From an uncultured Chloroflexia bacterium (GTDB lineage: Bacteria > Chloroflexota > Limnocylindria > Limnocylindrales > CSP1-4): 64,000 bases of DNA. Each line of letters begins with the position of its first letter. Position 1 is the first letter of the stretch. This document shows positions 19,596 to 32,164 of the stretch, in pieces. The position numbers and the translations under genes are program-made. The stretch covers positions 569,782 through 633,781 of the forward strand of contig CAWEAL010000003.1 in the NCBI GenBank assembly GCA_963807035.1. The letters are read 5' to 3'. The notes under the pieces were generated by a model that saw only the letters and a program-made list of their open reading frames with translations, did not search any database and was not told where the DNA came from.

Positions 19596-21011
19596 ATGGA
19601 GCTCTGGGGTGGCCGCTTCCGGGAGTCGAGCGACGCACGGATGGCCGATTTCACGCGCTCGATCGAGCTCGACTCGGCCCTTGCCGACGACGACCTCGCC
19701 GGCTCGATCGCCCATGTCCACGGGCTGGCCCGGGCGGGCCTTCTGAGCGAAGACGAGGCGGCCGGCCTGGTCGTCGGCCTGGACGGCCTGCGCCGGGAGC
19801 TGGCGGCCGGGACGATCACCTGGGATCCGGCGCTTGAGGACGTTCACCTGAACCTCGAGGCCGCCCTGGCGGCCCGGATCGGTCCGCTGGCCGGCAAGCT
19901 CCATACCGGCCGCTCGCGCAACGACCAGGTCGCGACCGACCTGCGCCTGTGGGCCCGCCGGGCGGCGGCCGGCCTGGACGATGCCCTGCTGGCGATGGAG
20001 CGCGCCCTCGTCGGCCTGGCCGAGCGGGAGGGCGACGCGATCCTGCCCGGCACGACCCATATCCAGCCGGCCCAGCCGGTCCTGCTCGGTCACCACCTGC
20101 TGGCCTATGTCGAGATGCTCGAGCGCGACCGGGGCCGCCTGTCCGATGCGCGCCGCCGGCTGAACGAGTCGCCGCTCGGCTCGGGAGCCCTGGCCGGGGC
20201 CGGCTATCCGATCGACCGGGCGGCGACCGCCACCGAGCTCGGCTTCGAACGGGCCAGCGCGAACTCGCTCGATGCGGTCAGCGACCGCGACTTCGTGGTC
20301 GAGATCCTGGCCGCCGTCGCCCTCGGCATGGTCCACCTGAGCCGGCTGGCGGAGGAGCTGACCTGGTGGTCGAACCCGCGCTTCGGCTTCGTCCGGCTGT
20401 CCGACGCATTCTCGACCGGCAGCTCGATGATGCCCAACAAGAAGAACCCCGATCCGGCCGAGCTGGTCCGCGGCCGGGCCGGCCGGGTGATCGGGGCGCT
20501 GGCCGGGATGCTCGCCTTGCTCAAGGGCCTGCCGCTCGCCTACCAGCGCGACCTCCAGGAGGACAAGGCGCCGCTGTTCGAGAGCGTCGCGACCTACGCC
20601 GCCTCGCTCGGAATCATGGCCGGCGTGCTCGACGGGCTGGCGGTCGACCGGGACCGGATGCGGTCCGCCGCCGACGAGGGCTTCATCACGGCCACGGCGC
20701 TCGCCGATGCCCTGGTCCGGCGGGGTGTGCCGTTCCGGGTGGCCCACCACGTCGTCGGCCGCATGGTGGGGGCTGCCGAGGCCGCCTCGACCGGTCTGGC
20801 GGGCCTCGACGACGCCGCGCTCCGGGCGGCGCTGGCGGATGCCGGCGATCCGGTGGCCGCGGCCCTGTCGAGCGAGCCGGGCCTGCCCGACGCGCTCCGG
20901 GCGGCCGCCTCGGTCGAGGCCGCCCTGGCGTCCTGCGACGTGATCGGCGGGACCGCTCCGGGGCGGGTGCGGACCGCGATCGAGGCGGCCCGCCAGCGGC
21001 TCGGCGGATGA
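19596..21011 (+). CDS. argH: Argininosuccinate lyase
   Basis: [56 protein letters not shown]; GGAGG SD. Confidence 0.97.
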   Translation: MELWGGRFRESSDARMADFTRSIELDSALADDDLAGSIAHVHGLARAGLLSEDEAAGLVVGLDGLRRELAAGTITWDPALEDVHLNLEAALAARIGPLAGKLHTGRSRNDQVATDLRLWARRAAAGLDDALLAMERALVGLAEREGDAILPGTTHIQPAQPVLLGHHLLAYVEMLERDRGRLSDARRRLNESPLGSGALAGAGYPIDRAATATELGFERASANSLDAVSDRDFVVEILAAVALGMVHLSRLAEELTWWSNPRFGFVRLSDAFSTGSSMMPNKKNPDPAELVRGRAGRVIGALAGMLALLKGLPLAYQRDLQEDKAPLFESVATYAASLGIMAGVLDGLAVDRDRMRSAADEGFITATALADALVRRGVPFRVAHHVVGRMVGAAEAASTGLAGLDDAALRAALADAGDPVAAALSSEPGLPDALRAAASVEAALASCDVIGGTAPGRVRTAIEAARQRLGG

Positions 21012-22105
21012 CCGGGGCGGCGCTCGATCCGGACGTGATCCGGCGTGCCCCGAAGGTCCTCCTGCATGACCACCTCGATGGCGGCCTCCGGCCGGCGACG
21101 ATCATCGAGCTGGCCGCCGACCAGGGCTATCGCGGCCTGCCGTCGACGGACCCGGCCGAGCTCGCGGCCTGGTTCCGCCGGGGCGCCGACCAGAAATCGC
21201 TCGAGCTGTACCTCGAGACCTTCGAGCACACGCTGGCCGTGCTGCAGAGCCGCGACGCCCTGGTCCGGGTCGCCGCGGAGTGCGCCGAGGACCTGGCGGC
21301 CGACGGGGTGGTCTACGCCGAGGTCCGCTATGCCCCCGAGCTCTCGACCCGGGCCGGGTTGAGCCTCGACGAGGTGGTCGAGGCGATCCTTGAGGGCTTT
21401 CGGATCGGTGCGGCCCGAACGTCCGGCCGGCCGATCGTGATCCGCTTCCTGGCCACCGCGATGCGCCAAGCGGACCGGGCCACCGAGATCGCCGAGCTCG
21501 CCCTGCGCCATCGCGATGCCGGGGTCGTCGGCTTCGATATCGCGGGACCCGAGGCGGGCTACCCGCCGGGCCGCTTCGCCGAGGTCTTCGGACGGCTGGT
21601 CCACGCCAGCTTCCACCTGACCCTCCATGCCGGAGAGGGCTACGGCCTGCCATCGATCCGGGAGGCCCTCGACCTCGGCGCCGAGCGGCTCGGCCACGGC
21701 GTCCGGATCGTCGACGACATCCGGGTCGATCGGACCGGTGCGATCGAGCTTGGCCGGCTGGCGGCCTACGTCCGCGACCGGCGGATCCCGCTCGAGCTGT
21801 GCCCGACCTCGAACGTCCATACGGGGGCCGCCGCGTCGATCGAGACGCACCCGATCGACCTGCTCCGTCGCCTGCGCTTCCGGGTGACGGTCAACACCGA
21901 CAACCGGTTGATGAGCGACGTCTCGCTCACGAGCGAGCTGGCCGCCCTCGATGCCGCGTTCGGCCTCGGCCTCGACGAGATCGAGTGGTTGACCCTGAAC
22001 GCGATGAAGAGCGCCTTCCTGCCGTTCGACGAGCGGCTCGCCCTGATCATCCGGACGATCAAGCCGGGTTTCGCCGCCCTCCGCCGGGAGCTGGCCGCTG
22101 GCTGA
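21008..22105 (+). CDS. add: Adenosine deaminase
   Basis: [50 protein letters not shown]; ATGA overlap with argH. Confidence 0.95.
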   Translation: MTGAALDPDVIRRAPKVLLHDHLDGGLRPATIIELAADQGYRGLPSTDPAELAAWFRRGADQKSLELYLETFEHTLAVLQSRDALVRVAAECAEDLAADGVVYAEVRYAPELSTRAGLSLDEVVEAILEGFRIGAARTSGRPIVIRFLATAMRQADRATEIAELALRHRDAGVVGFDIAGPEAGYPPGRFAEVFGRLVHASFHLTLHAGEGYGLPSIREALDLGAERLGHGVRIVDDIRVDRTGAIELGRLAAYVRDRRIPLELCPTSNVHTGAAASIETHPIDLLRRLRFRVTVNTDNRLMSDVSLTSELAALDAAFGLGLDEIEWLTLNAMKSAFLPFDERLALIIRTIKPGFAALRRELAAG

Positions 22106-22127
22106 CCGTCTCGCGGCCGGGCGGGCC

Positions 22128-23417
22128 TCAGCCGCCGGCGACTGCCCCGGCCGGGTCGGCGATCGTCGTCGGCAGGTGCTCCAGGAGCGGCTCGGTCCAC
22201 GACCAGGCGGCCCCGTGGAACTTGCCGACGGCGCCGTGGCGGGCCGCCTCGACCCGGAGCGGCAGCCCGAAGATCTCGATGAAGCCGACCGCGCTGGCAT
22301 GATCGAACGCGTCGTCGGCCTCGTAGGTGGCCAGGCTCCGGTCGTACAGGGAGAGCGGCGAGCGCCGCCCGGCGAGGACCGCGCTGCCGTGGTCGAGCCG
22401 GATCCGGACCTCGCCGGTGACGACCCGCTGGGACGATGCGACGTAGCCGCGCAGGTCGCGGTGGAGGGCGCTGAACCACAGGCCGTCGTAGGTCAGCCGG
22501 GCCAGCTCATCCGCCACGAGCCGGTTGAACCGGAGGGTGTCCTTGGACAGGGCCAGACCCTCGAGGGCCCGGTGGGCCGCGTGCAGGACGGTGGCCGCCG
22601 GCGCCTCGTAGATCTCGCGGCTCTTGATCCCGACCAGGCGATCCTCGACGTGGTCGATCCGGCCGACGCCGTGGGCCCCGGCCAGGGCATGGAGCCGCTC
22701 GACCAGCTCGAGCGGCTGCAGCCGGTCGCCATCCAGGGCGACCGGGACGCCGCCCTCGAAGCCGACGGTGACCTCGACAGGTTCGGGCGCGCCAGCCGGT
22801 GCCACGGTCCACTCGAAGACGTCGGCCGGCGGCGCAACCCAGGGGTCCTCCAGGACGCCGGTCTCGATCGAGCGGCCCCACAGGTTGACGTCGATCGAGT
22901 AGGGCGACGATTTCGTGATCGGGATCTCGATCCCCCGCTCGTGCGCGTAGTCGATCTCCTGCTCGCGCGACAGGCCCATCCCGACCCGCATCGGGGCGAC
23001 GACCTCGAGGCCCGGATTCAGGGCATGGACGGCGACGTCGAAGCGGACCTGGTCGTTGCCCTTGCCGGTGCAGCCGTGGGCGACCGCGTCGGCGCCCTCC
23101 CGGGCGGCGACCTCGCACAGCAGCTGGGCGATCAGCGGGCGGGCCAGGGCGGTGGCCAGGGGGTAGGCCCCCTGGTACAGGGCGTTGGCCTGGAGGTGCG
23201 GCCAGACGAAGTCGGTCACGAACCGCTCCCGGGCGTCCACGACGTAGGTCCGGCTTGCCCCGGCGCTCATCGCCCGGCGCTCCACGCCCGGCCGCAGCGA
23301 GCCGCCGCCGACGTCGACCGTCAGGGTCACCACTTCGACCCCGAACTGCTCACGCAGCCAGGCGACCGCGACCGACGTGTCGAGCCCGCCCGAGTAGGCG
23401 AGGACGACCTTCTTCAT
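22128..23417 (-). CDS. argG: Argininosuccinate synthase
   Basis: KKVVLAYSGGLDTS, AHGCTGKGNDQVRF, YSIDVNLWGRSIE, GIKSREIYEAP. Confidence 0.98.
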   Translation of the reverse strand: MKKVVLAYSGGLDTSVAVAWLREQFGVEVVTLTVDVGGGSLRPGVERRAMSAGASRTYVVDARERFVTDFVWPHLQANALYQGAYPLATALARPLIAQLLCEVAAREGADAVAHGCTGKGNDQVRFDVAVHALNPGLEVVAPMRVGMGLSREQEIDYAHERGIEIPITKSSPYSIDVNLWGRSIETGVLEDPWVAPPADVFEWTVAPAGAPEPVEVTVGFEGGVPVALDGDRLQPLELVERLHALAGAHGVGRIDHVEDRLVGIKSREIYEAPAATVLHAAHRALEGLALSKDTLRFNRLVADELARLTYDGLWFSALHRDLRGYVASSQRVVTGEVRIRLDHGSAVLAGRRSPLSLYDRSLATYEADDAFDHASAVGFIEIFGLPLRVEAARHGAVGKFHGAAWSWTEPLLEHLPTTIADPAGAVAGG

Positions 23418-23932
23418 GGAGCAACCTCCGCGCTGGATTGGGCCTGGATCGCCTCGAAGCGCTCCAGCCACGCCTCGAGGCGGGCCACGTCGGCGAACAG
23501 GACGAGGAGGGTATTGTCGCCCGCCAGGGTCCCCTCCTGCTCGGCCAGGGTCGATTCGTCGATCGCCTGGGCGATCGTGCCGGCCGTCCCGGGGGTGCCG
23601 GTCAGGAGCAGGATCAGGCCGCTCCGGCCGATCCGGACGGGGATGTCGGCCAGGATCCGCCGGAGGCGGTCGTCGGAGACAACCCGAGCGGCGGCCCGGG
23701 GTGCCAGGTCGTCGGCCGAGACGTACACGTGGCGCTCGCCTCGGGCGACCTTGACCAGACCGAGCTCGGCGACGTCCCGGCTGACCGTGGCCTGGGTGAC
23801 CACGTGGCCCCGCTCCAGGAGGGCTCCGGCCAGCTCGGCCTGGCTGCCGATCGGACGGCCGGCGACGATCTCGCGGATCGCTCGGCGGCGCTCGGCGGCG
23901 CCGGCGTCCAGGGTGAGCCGTCGGCCGTTCAT
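23414..23932 (-). CDS. argR: Arginine repressor
   Basis: SQAELAGAL, TQATVSRD, PGTA, GTLAGDNT. Confidence 0.95.
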   Translation of the reverse strand: MNGRRLTLDAGAAERRRAIREIVAGRPIGSQAELAGALLERGHVVTQATVSRDVAELGLVKVARGERHVYVSADDLAPRAAARVVSDDRLRRILADIPVRIGRSGLILLLTGTPGTAGTIAQAIDESTLAEQEGTLAGDNTLLVLFADVARLEAWLERFEAIQAQSSAEVAP

Positions 23933-24722
23933 CAGGCGGCCCCGGCGGCGGTCGAGCGGGCGGCGGTCAGGCGGGTCCCGAAGGTCGGGTCGTCGAGGGC
24001 CCGGCGGAGGGCGTCGCGGGCCGAGCCGTCGGCAATGATCGCCTCGGCGCCGTCCCAGCCGAGGGCGGCCAGGGCTGCCCGGACCTTGGGGATCATCCCG
24101 CCCTCGATCACGCCGCCGGCGATCAGCTCCTCCGCCTCGCCCGAGGTGAGCGACTCGAGGCGCCGGCCGTCCGCGTCGCGGATCCCGTCGACGTCGGTCA
24201 GCAGGACGAGCTGGCGCGCACCGAGCCCGGCGGCGATCCCGGCCGCGGCGTCGTCGGCGTTGACGTTGCAGACGATGCCCGTCCTCGTCCCGGGCGAGCG
24301 GCGCCACGACCGGGACCTGGCCACCGACGAGGACCGCGTCGAGGAGGTCGCGGCGCAGGCCGACGACGTGGGCCACGAGGCCCATCCCCGGGACCCGCTC
24401 GGCGATGAGCAGGCCGCCGTCCACGCCCGACAGGCCGACCGCGTCGACGCCGACATCGCGCAGCGCCGGCGACCAGCTCGCTGTTGACCACGCCGCGCAG
24501 GACGGCCGCGGCCACCTCGAGGGCGGCCGCGTCGGTCACCCGCAGGCCGCCCTCGAAGCGGCTGGGCACGCCCAGTCGCTCGAGCCACTCCGTGATCCGC
24601 TTGCCGCCACCGTGGACGAGCACGACCGGCCGCCGCCGGGCGACCGCGGCGATCTCGACGAGGACCTGCTGCTGGTCGGCGATCGTCGTGCCGCCCAGCT
24701 TGACGACGAGGATCTCGCTCAT
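23932..24722 (-). CDS. argB: Acetylglutamate kinase (frameshifted in assembly)
   Basis: VVKLGG, VHGGG, GLRVTD, NVNADD, LLTDVDG, GGMIPKV. Confidence 0.93.
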
Positions 24723-24732
24723 CGGGTCCGGC

Positions 24733-26145
24733 TCACGTCGTGTACTCCGCGTTCTCGATCACGTACTGCCTCGGTGAGGTCGCAGCCGAACGCCTCGCCG
24801 CTGCCCGGGCCCAGGCCCAGGTCGAGCCGGATGAGGATCTCGGGTGCCGCCATCGTGGCCCGAGTCGCCGCCCGGTCGAACGCCAGCGGCCCGCCGGCCG
24901 CGCCGTCGAAGACGAGCTGGCCCGCGATCGCGATCCGGAGCCGGGCGGGATCGAGCGTGACGGGTCGGCCGGCTCGGGCGGCGGCCTCCGTCTCGGTCAG
25001 ACCGGCCGCCTCGAGGACCGCGGCGTCGGCTGCTCGGCGCGTTGCCCGCCGCCGCCGCGATCCGGCCCCAGTTCGGGTCGCGCGCCGTGGGCGGCCGCCT
25101 TGACCAGAGAGCTGGCGACGACCGCACGGGCGACGGCCCGGGCGTCGGCGATCGTCGAGCGCCCCGGACACCTGGCAGGTGATCAGGGTGGTCGCACCCT
25201 CGCCGTCGGCGGCCTGCTGGCGGGCGAGGTCGCGGGCGACCGCCTCGATCGCTCGCCCGAGCCGGCGGCGCGGCGTCCGAGCCGGCCCGAACCGGAGCGG
25301 CACCGGCCGCCGCCCGAGGCGAGCAGGAAGACGGTGTCGTTCGTGCTCGTGTCGCCGTCCACGGTCAGCTGGTCCCAGGTCCGGGCCGCGGCCGGCCGGA
25401 GGAGGTCACGCAGCAGGCTGGGCTCGATCGCTGCGTCGGTCAGGACGACCGACAGCATCGTCGCCATCCGGGGGTGGATCATCCCGACGCCCTTGGCGAA
25501 GCCGCTCACGGTGACCGAACGAACGGCGAATCCGTCCGCGTCGGGCAGGGCGATCTCGGTGGACGCCATCTTCGTGCGCGAGTCGGTCGTGCGCAGGGCG
25601 ACGGCGACGGCCTCGAACGCCTCGGCCGAGGCGGCCAGCATCGGCACGAGCGGCGACCAGGCCCGCCTCGATCGCGGCCAGGGGCAGGCGGGTGCCGATG
25701 ACGCCGGTCGACAGGTGGAGCGTCCGATCCGACGGCGACGCCGGGGCAGCCGCCAGCAGTCGGGCGATCGCCGCCTGGTCCGCCTCGCCCGGCGGCGCCG
25801 GTGGCGGCGTTGGCGCAGCCGGACGTGGCGACGATCGCCTCGCGCCCAGCCGTAACGCTCCGCCGCCGGCCGGGGCGCTCGCGGCAGGTGCTCGCGGCTG
25901 AGACGGACGGGCGCGGCCGCGAAGGGGTTGCTGGGTGAAGACGGCGGCCGCGGCCGCCGGGCCGCCGGTCGTCCGCGATGACGGCCAGGTCCGGCCGCCC
26001 GCTGGCCTTGATCCCGGACGCCATGCCGCCCGCGGCAGAAGCCGGGCGGCAGCACGCGCCCGGCGCTCGACCTCGGGCAGGTCGGCCGCGAACCGGGCGA
26101 GCGGTGCGCTCGACACGCCGGACCGGGCGCCGGTCGTGCGGTCAT
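24733..26145 (-). CDS. argJ: Bifunctional ornithine acetyltransferase (many indels)
   Basis: GIKASGRPDLA, SGCANAATG, STGVIG, TTDS, AKGVGMIHPRMATML, VDGDTSTND, DGEGAT, DPNWGRI, C-terminal YTT. Confidence 0.92.
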
Positions 26146-27315
26146 GGCGCGAGCGGGAGCTGCTGCAGGCCCGTCGTCTCGTCCAGGCCGTGCGACGACG
26201 TTGAACGCCTGGACCGCCTGCCCGGCTGCGCCCTTGACCAGGTTGTCGAGGACCGCCAGGACGAGGACCCGCGCCGGTGCGCGGGTCGTCACGCGACGTG
26301 GACCCGGACCTCGTTGCTGCCCGGTCACGTGCTTCGTCGCCGGCGGCTCGGCCGACGACCCGGACGAACGGCTCGTCGCGCGTAGGCGTCGGCGTAGAGC
26401 TGCGTCGAGCTCGGCCTGGTCGACCGGGCGGGTCGGCCGGACGTGGCACGCGGCCAGGATGCCCCGGGTCATCGGGATGAGGTGGGGCAGGAAGTCGACC
26501 GGGCCGGGACGGGCGCGGCGCGCCGGGCCGCCGGGCGTGCCCGGGGCGGCGGTCTCGTCCGGGCCGGCGCGTGCGCCGGCAGCGGCGAGGGCGATCTCCT
26601 GCTCGATCTCGGCGACGTGGCGGTGGCCACCGATCCCGTAGGCCCGGACGCTCTCGTTGACCTCGCCGAACATGCAGCTCGGGCTTCGGGTCGCGGCCGG
26701 CACCCGAGACGCCGCTCTTGGCGTCGACGACGACGTCGCCGATCAGGCCGGCGCGGGCGAGCGGGGCGAGGGCCAGGATCGTCGCCGTCGGCGTAGCAGC
26801 CGGGCGAGCCGACGATCCGCGGCTCCCGGCCGGCGAGGGCCGCCAGCTCGGCCCGGTGGAGCTCCGGCAGGCCGTAGACGGCCTGGGCAAGGAGGTCGGG
26901 CCGGCGGTGCTCGAAGCGGTACCAGCGCGGGTAGTCGGCCGGGTCGCGGAGGCGGAAGTCCGGTCCGAGGTCGATCGACCGTGGCGCCGCCGGCGACGAT
27001 GCCGGGACCCGCTCGAGCGGCGGCTCCGTGGGGCAGCGCCAGGAAGACGGCGTCGGCCACCGGCATCGCCGTCGTCGACGTCGAGGCGGCTGGCGGCAAG
27101 GTGGGGGTGGATCGGTCTCGATCGGGTTCGCGCTCCGCCCTCGCCCGACGAGACCGACGATGCTCCACGGCCGGATGCCGAGCCAGGATGCGGACCAGCT
27201 CGGCACCGACGTAGCCGGTGGCACCGACGATCGCGACGCGGATTCGCCGGGCCGATGCGTCCTGCCGGCGATCCGCCCTGATCGAGGTCTCCGTTGTCTC
27301 GAGGCCTGCGCTCAC
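26142..27315 (-). CDS. argC: N-acetyl-gamma-glutamyl-phosphate reductase (many indels)
   Basis: VAIVGATGYVG, FLALPHG, DFRL, YGLPEL, PGCY, SGVSGAG, HRHVAEI, PHLIPMTRGI, DNLVKGAAGQAVQ. Confidence 0.93.
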
Positions 27316-27387
27316 CGGCGCACGCCGCCCCTCGCGGTGGGCTGCCTCGTACCGAGTCCGATCTCGGGGTGGATCGCCGTCATGACG

Positions 27388-27421
27388 TGCATGACTATAC
27401 ATGTCCACGCATAGTCATGCA
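27388..27421. promoter_or_regulatory. Tandem ARG boxes (ArgR operator) upstream of argC
   Basis: TGCATGACTATACA (27388-27401) and CGCATAGTCATGCA (27408-27421), 20 bp apart, match TGCAT-N4-ATGCA; argR is in the operon. Confidence 0.88.
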
Positions 27422-27473
27422 ACGCACGGGCCGGCAGTCGAAGACCGAGCCGCTTCGGCTGGCCGGGCCGGGA

Positions 27474-27977
27474 CTAGGTCCTCTCGCGCCGGGCGATCAG
27501 GTCCGGCCGGCGCCAGGGACCGGTCACGATCACCTCGGCGATCTCGTCGAGCGGATCGCCGCCCGTCCGGACCACGCGGTAGCCGTGGTGGATCTCGGTG
27601 TCGCCGGCCGCCAGCATCGCGTTGATCGGGCAGTATTTGGTGGCCGACAGCTCAATCGAGCGCCGGACCGCGGCGGCATCGATCGTGGGGCCCTCGAGCT
27701 CGTGGATCAGGTCGATCCGGGTGAAGACCTGGGGGTAGCCTTCGCGCTGGTCGCCCCGGACGTGGACCTCGTAGCGGTCGAAGCCCTGGCGCTTCTTGGC
27801 CAGGATCGAGACCACGTCCATGGCCGAACAGGCGGCGAGGGCGGCGAGGAGGGTGTCGACCGGGCTCGCCGCGGTCCGGCCCTCGCCGCTGTCGAAGTGG
27901 ACCGCGAAGCCGCCCCCGGCAGTCGCCCCGAAATGCATCCCGGCTTCGTGCCGAACGACGACGTTCTTGACCGTCAT
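27474..27977 (-). CDS. OsmC/YhfA family protein
   Basis: [24 protein letters not shown] and SATKYCPI (two Cys). Confidence 0.9.
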   Translation of the reverse strand: MTVKNVVVRHEAGMHFGATAGGGFAVHFDSGEGRTAASPVDTLLAALAACSAMDVVSILAKKRQGFDRYEVHVRGDQREGYPQVFTRIDLIHELEGPTIDAAAVRRSIELSATKYCPINAMLAAGDTEIHHGYRVVRTGGDPLDEIAEVIVTGPWRRPDLIARRERT

Positions 27978-30030
27978 GCCACCGATTCTCCCTCGGGCTG
28001 ATCGCCCAGGAACTGCTCGTGGTAGAGCCGCGCGTAGAGGCCGCCCTGGGCGAGCAGCTCGCGATGCGTGCCGCGCTCCACGATCCGGCCGCGCTCGAAG
28101 ACCAGGATCAGGTCCGCCCGCAGGATCGTCGACAGGCGGTGGGCGATCGCGATCGTCGTGCGGCCCTCCATCAGGCGCTCGAGCGCCGCCTGGATCAGCC
28201 GCTCGCGAGACCGTGTCGAGCGCGGACGTCGCCTCGTCGAGGATCAGGATCCGCGGGTCCTTGAGCAGGACCCGGGCGATCGCGATCCGCTGCTTCTCGC
28301 CGCCCGAGAGCTTGTAGCCGCGCTCGCCGACGATCGTGTCGTAGCCCGTCGGGCAGCTCCGCGATCCGGTCGTGGATCGCCGCCGCGCGCGGCCGCCGCC
28401 TCCAGCTCCGCGTCGGTCGCGTCCGGCCGGGCGTAGCAGCAGGTTGTCGCGGATCGAGGCGTGGAACAGGTACGTCTCCTGGGTGACGAAGCCGATCGAT
28501 CCGCCCAGCGACGCCAGCGCTGATCCGCCGGACGTCGACGCCGTCGATCTCCACCGCGCCCCGCGTCGACGTCGTACAGCCGCGGGATGAGGTAGGTGGT
28601 CGTGGTCTTGCCCGCGCCGGACGGGCCGACGAGCGCGACCAGCTCGCCCGGGCCGCGCCTCGAAGACGATGTCCTCGAGGCCGAACGGCGACGGCGGGCG
28701 GGATCGGCGCGGCACCGCGCCGGACCGTCGACTCGGCGGCATCGGTCGGCCTCGGCGCCTCGGCGTCGACTCGTCCGCGCTCGCCGGCGCCGACCAGCGG
28801 CGACCGGCCGGCTCCGCCGGGTAGCGGAACGAGACGTCGCTCGAACGCGACCGTCGCCGCGCGACCGTCGCGCGGCTCGAGCGTCGACCGCGTCCGGCGC
28901 GTCGGCGATCTCCGGGTCGAGGTCGAGGTACTCGAAGATCCGGTCGAACAGGGCGAGCGAGCCCTGGATCTCCACCTGGACGTTGAGCAGCTGGCCCAGC
29001 GGGAAGAAGAGCCGGCTCTGGAGCGTCGTGAAGGCCACGATGTCGCCGGCCGTCGGGCGCGCTCGGGTCGCCGTTGATCGGCCAGCGACGCCCGCCAGCC
29101 AGTACACGAACGCCGGGCGTGATCGCTGAAGATCGTGCCGATGATCATGAAGAACCAGCGGCCGACCATCGCCTGGCGGATCTGGAGGCCGCGCGAGCTC
29201 CCGGTTCAGGCCGCGGAACCGGGCGACCGACGGCTGCCTGCTGCGCCGAACGTCTTGGCCAGCAGGATCCCGCTGACGCTGAGAGCGTCTCCTCGGTCGA
29301 CCGCGGTCATGTCGGCCAGCGCGCTTCTGGGTCTCGCTGCTGACCGTCGCGCCGGACCTTGCCGACCCGGTAGGTGAGGTACAGGAAGAACGGCAGGATG
29401 CCCGAGCGAGAGGAGCGTCAGCCGCCAGTCGATGCAGGACCATCGCGACCATCGTGCGAGATCGCGACCGCGACGTTGGCGTGATCGAGGCTGCGCCGTG
29501 TCGGTGACGACCGCCTGGACGCCGCCGACGTCGTTCGCCAGGCGGCTCTGGATCTCGCCGGTCCGGGTCTCGGTGAAGAACCGCAGCGGCATCCGCTGGA
29601 GGTGGGCGTAGAGCGCGTTGCGCAGGTCCTGCATCACGTTCTGGCCGATGACGTTGTTGAGGTAGCGTCTGGCCGACGCCGATCAGCCCGGACACGATCG
29701 GGAGCGACGATCATCAGCCCGACGTACAGGTTCAGCCGGTCGAAGTTGCCGGCCGACGATGACGTCGTCGATGAGCAGCTTGAGCAGGAGCGGGTTGACG
29801 AGGCCGATGCAGGCTGGTCGCGAGGATCGCGACCAGCACGACCACGACCTGGGCCCGGTACGGCCGGAAGAAGGCGGCGATCCGGCGGACCGTCCGGCCG
29901 CGCCGCTCCGGGGCACGCGCGCGAAGTCGTCGCGGGCGGCGTCAGGCGGCCGTCCGCCGCCGCCGCGACCGGTGCCGGCGCCGCTGCCACGCAAGCTCGG
30001 ATCGGCCGCCGCCGCGGTCGCCTGCGTCAC
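27974..30030 (-). CDS. ABC transporter fused permease/ATPase (many indels; start approximate)
   Basis: [65 protein letters not shown]. Confidence 0.88.
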
Positions 30031-30043
30031 CGGGGCGCGACGC

Positions 30044-31138
30044 CTAGCCGGCCAGCGCTGGCGTGGTCGCGCTGCGGCGACCGCGGCCTCGCCTCGAGCC
30101 AGCGCTCGGCGTCGATCGCCGCCCGTGCAGCCGTCGCCGGCCGCGGTGATCGCCTGGCGGTAGCGGTGGTCGTGCACGTCGCCGGCGATGAACACGCCCT
30201 CGATCCGGCTGACCGTGTGCTCGTCGCGCACGACGAGGTAGCCCTTCTCGTCGACGTCGAGCCAGTCCCGGAACACGTCGGTGTTGGGCTTGTGGCCGAT
30301 GGCGATGAACAGGCCCTCGATCGGGCAGCTCGCGCTCGCTCGCCGGTCGCGCGTGTCGCGCAGGCGCAGCCCCTCGACCTTGGCGTCGCCCAGGACCTCG
30401 TCGATCGCGGTGTTCGTGTGGACCTCGATCTTGGGGTTGCCGTACGCCCGGTCGATCATGATCTTCGACTGGCCCGGAAGCCGTCGCGCCGGTGGAGCAG
30501 GTGGACCTTGCGTGGCGAAGCGGGTGAGGTAGTTGGCCTCCTCCATCGCGGTGTCGCCGCCGCCGACCACGGCGATCTCGCGGTCGCGGAAGAAGAAGCC
30601 GTCGCAGGTGGCGCAGGCGCGACACGCCGCGGCCGCGCAGCCGCTGTCTCGCTCTCGAGGTCGAGCCACAGCGCCGAGGCGCCGGTGGCGATGATGAGCG
30701 CCTCGGCCGCGGTACTCGACGCCGCGCGCCCAGACCCGGAACGGGCGGCCGGAGAGGTCGACGCGGTCGACGTCGACGTCGACGATGCGCGTGCCGAAGC
30801 GCTCCGCCTGGGCGCGGAAGCGGCCCATCAGCTCGGGCCCGTCGATGCCCGTCGGGGAAGCCCGGGTAGTTCTCGATCGTCGCTCGTGAGCATCAGCTGG
30901 CCGCCGGGCGTCGAGCCCGCCGAGGACGATCGGGCTCGAGGTTGGCGCGCGCGGCGTAGATGGCGGCGGTCAGGCCGGCCGGGCCCGGAGCCGATGATCA
31001 GGACCTTCGCCTCGACCGGGGCGTCGCCCGATCCGGCGTCGGCCTGGGTCAGGCCGGCCGATGGCTCGGGCGCCGAACGCGATCGGGGTACGTGAACGAG
31101 ATCGGCGAGCTCGGCCCGCCGGACTGGTCGTCTGTCAT
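30044..31138 (-). CDS. trxB: Thioredoxin reductase (many indels)
   Basis: IIGSGPAGLTAAIY, GGQL, ENYPGF, CATCDGFFF, VGGGDTAMEEA, FIAIGHKPN, AGDVHDHRYRQAITAAG. Confidence 0.95.
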
Positions 31139-31191
31139 CGCCTCATCCTACCATTCCCTTGATACTCCCAGGGAGTATCGCCGAGCCGCGC

Positions 31192-32092
31192 TCACAGGGC
31201 CCGGATCCGGGGGATCACGTCGCGCCCGATCAGCTCCAGCCGGTCGAGGTCGTCGACGGCCTGGAGGCTGATGATCACGTGCTGCGCCCCGGCGTCGGCC
31301 AGCTCGCCGAACGATTCCACGAGCTGGCTCGGGGTGCGCGTCCCGCCCGCTCCGTCGGCGCTGATCCGAACGTCCTGGAGGGTGGTCCGCTCGATCTCGT
31401 CGTACGGCCGGCCGATCTGCTCGCAGTGGGCGCGCAGGACGGCGAACTTGTGGGCGAGGCGGCGGGCCGTCGCCGAAGACGTTGGCGGCGTCGCCGTACT
31501 GGGCGACCAGGCGCAGCGTCTTCTTCTCGCCGCCGCCGCCGATCATGATCGGCGGGTGTGGCCGGGACAGGACCTGGGGCGAGTTGAGCAACCGGGCGGC
31601 CTGGTAGTGGCGTCCGCTGAAGGCCGCCTCGGTGCCGCGCGCGACCGGTCCACATGGCATGGGCGACCTGGAGCGTCTCCTCGAGCATCTCGAAGCGCTC
31701 GCCGAGCGGCGGCATCGGGAAGCCCAGTGCCCGGCTCTCGTCCTCGTTCCAGGCGGCACCGATGCCCAGCCAGGCCCGCCCGCCCGACAGGACGTCGAGG
31801 GTCGTGGCCGCCTTCACCCACAGCCCGGCCGTCCGGTAGTGGATCGCCGCCGACCATCAGCCCGAGTCGAGCTCGGCGGGTCAGGGCGGCCAGGAAGCCG
31901 AGGGCGGTCCAGCCCTCGAGCATCGGGTCGGTCGACCGGACCGACGCCCCGGATCTGGAAGAAGTGGTCCATCACCCAGATCGAATCGAAGCCGACCTCG
32001 TCGGCGGTCCGGGCGATCCGGGCGAGGGTCGGGCCGATCTGGGCTGGGCCTCCCGGCCAGGTGAACGAGTCGATCTGGAGGCCGATCTTCAC
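31192..32092 (-). CDS. LLM-class F420-dependent oxidoreductase (indels)
   Basis: MKIGLQ, GFDSIWVMDHFFQI, MLEGWTAL, TTLDVLSGGRAWLGIGAAW, IMIGGGGEKKTLRLVA. Confidence 0.9.
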
Positions 32093-32164
32093 GAATGGGC
32101 TCCGTGGGCTACGTCCGGGGCGACCTGGCGACCGCCGAGCCGAAAGGGTAGCGTGGTGCCCAAC

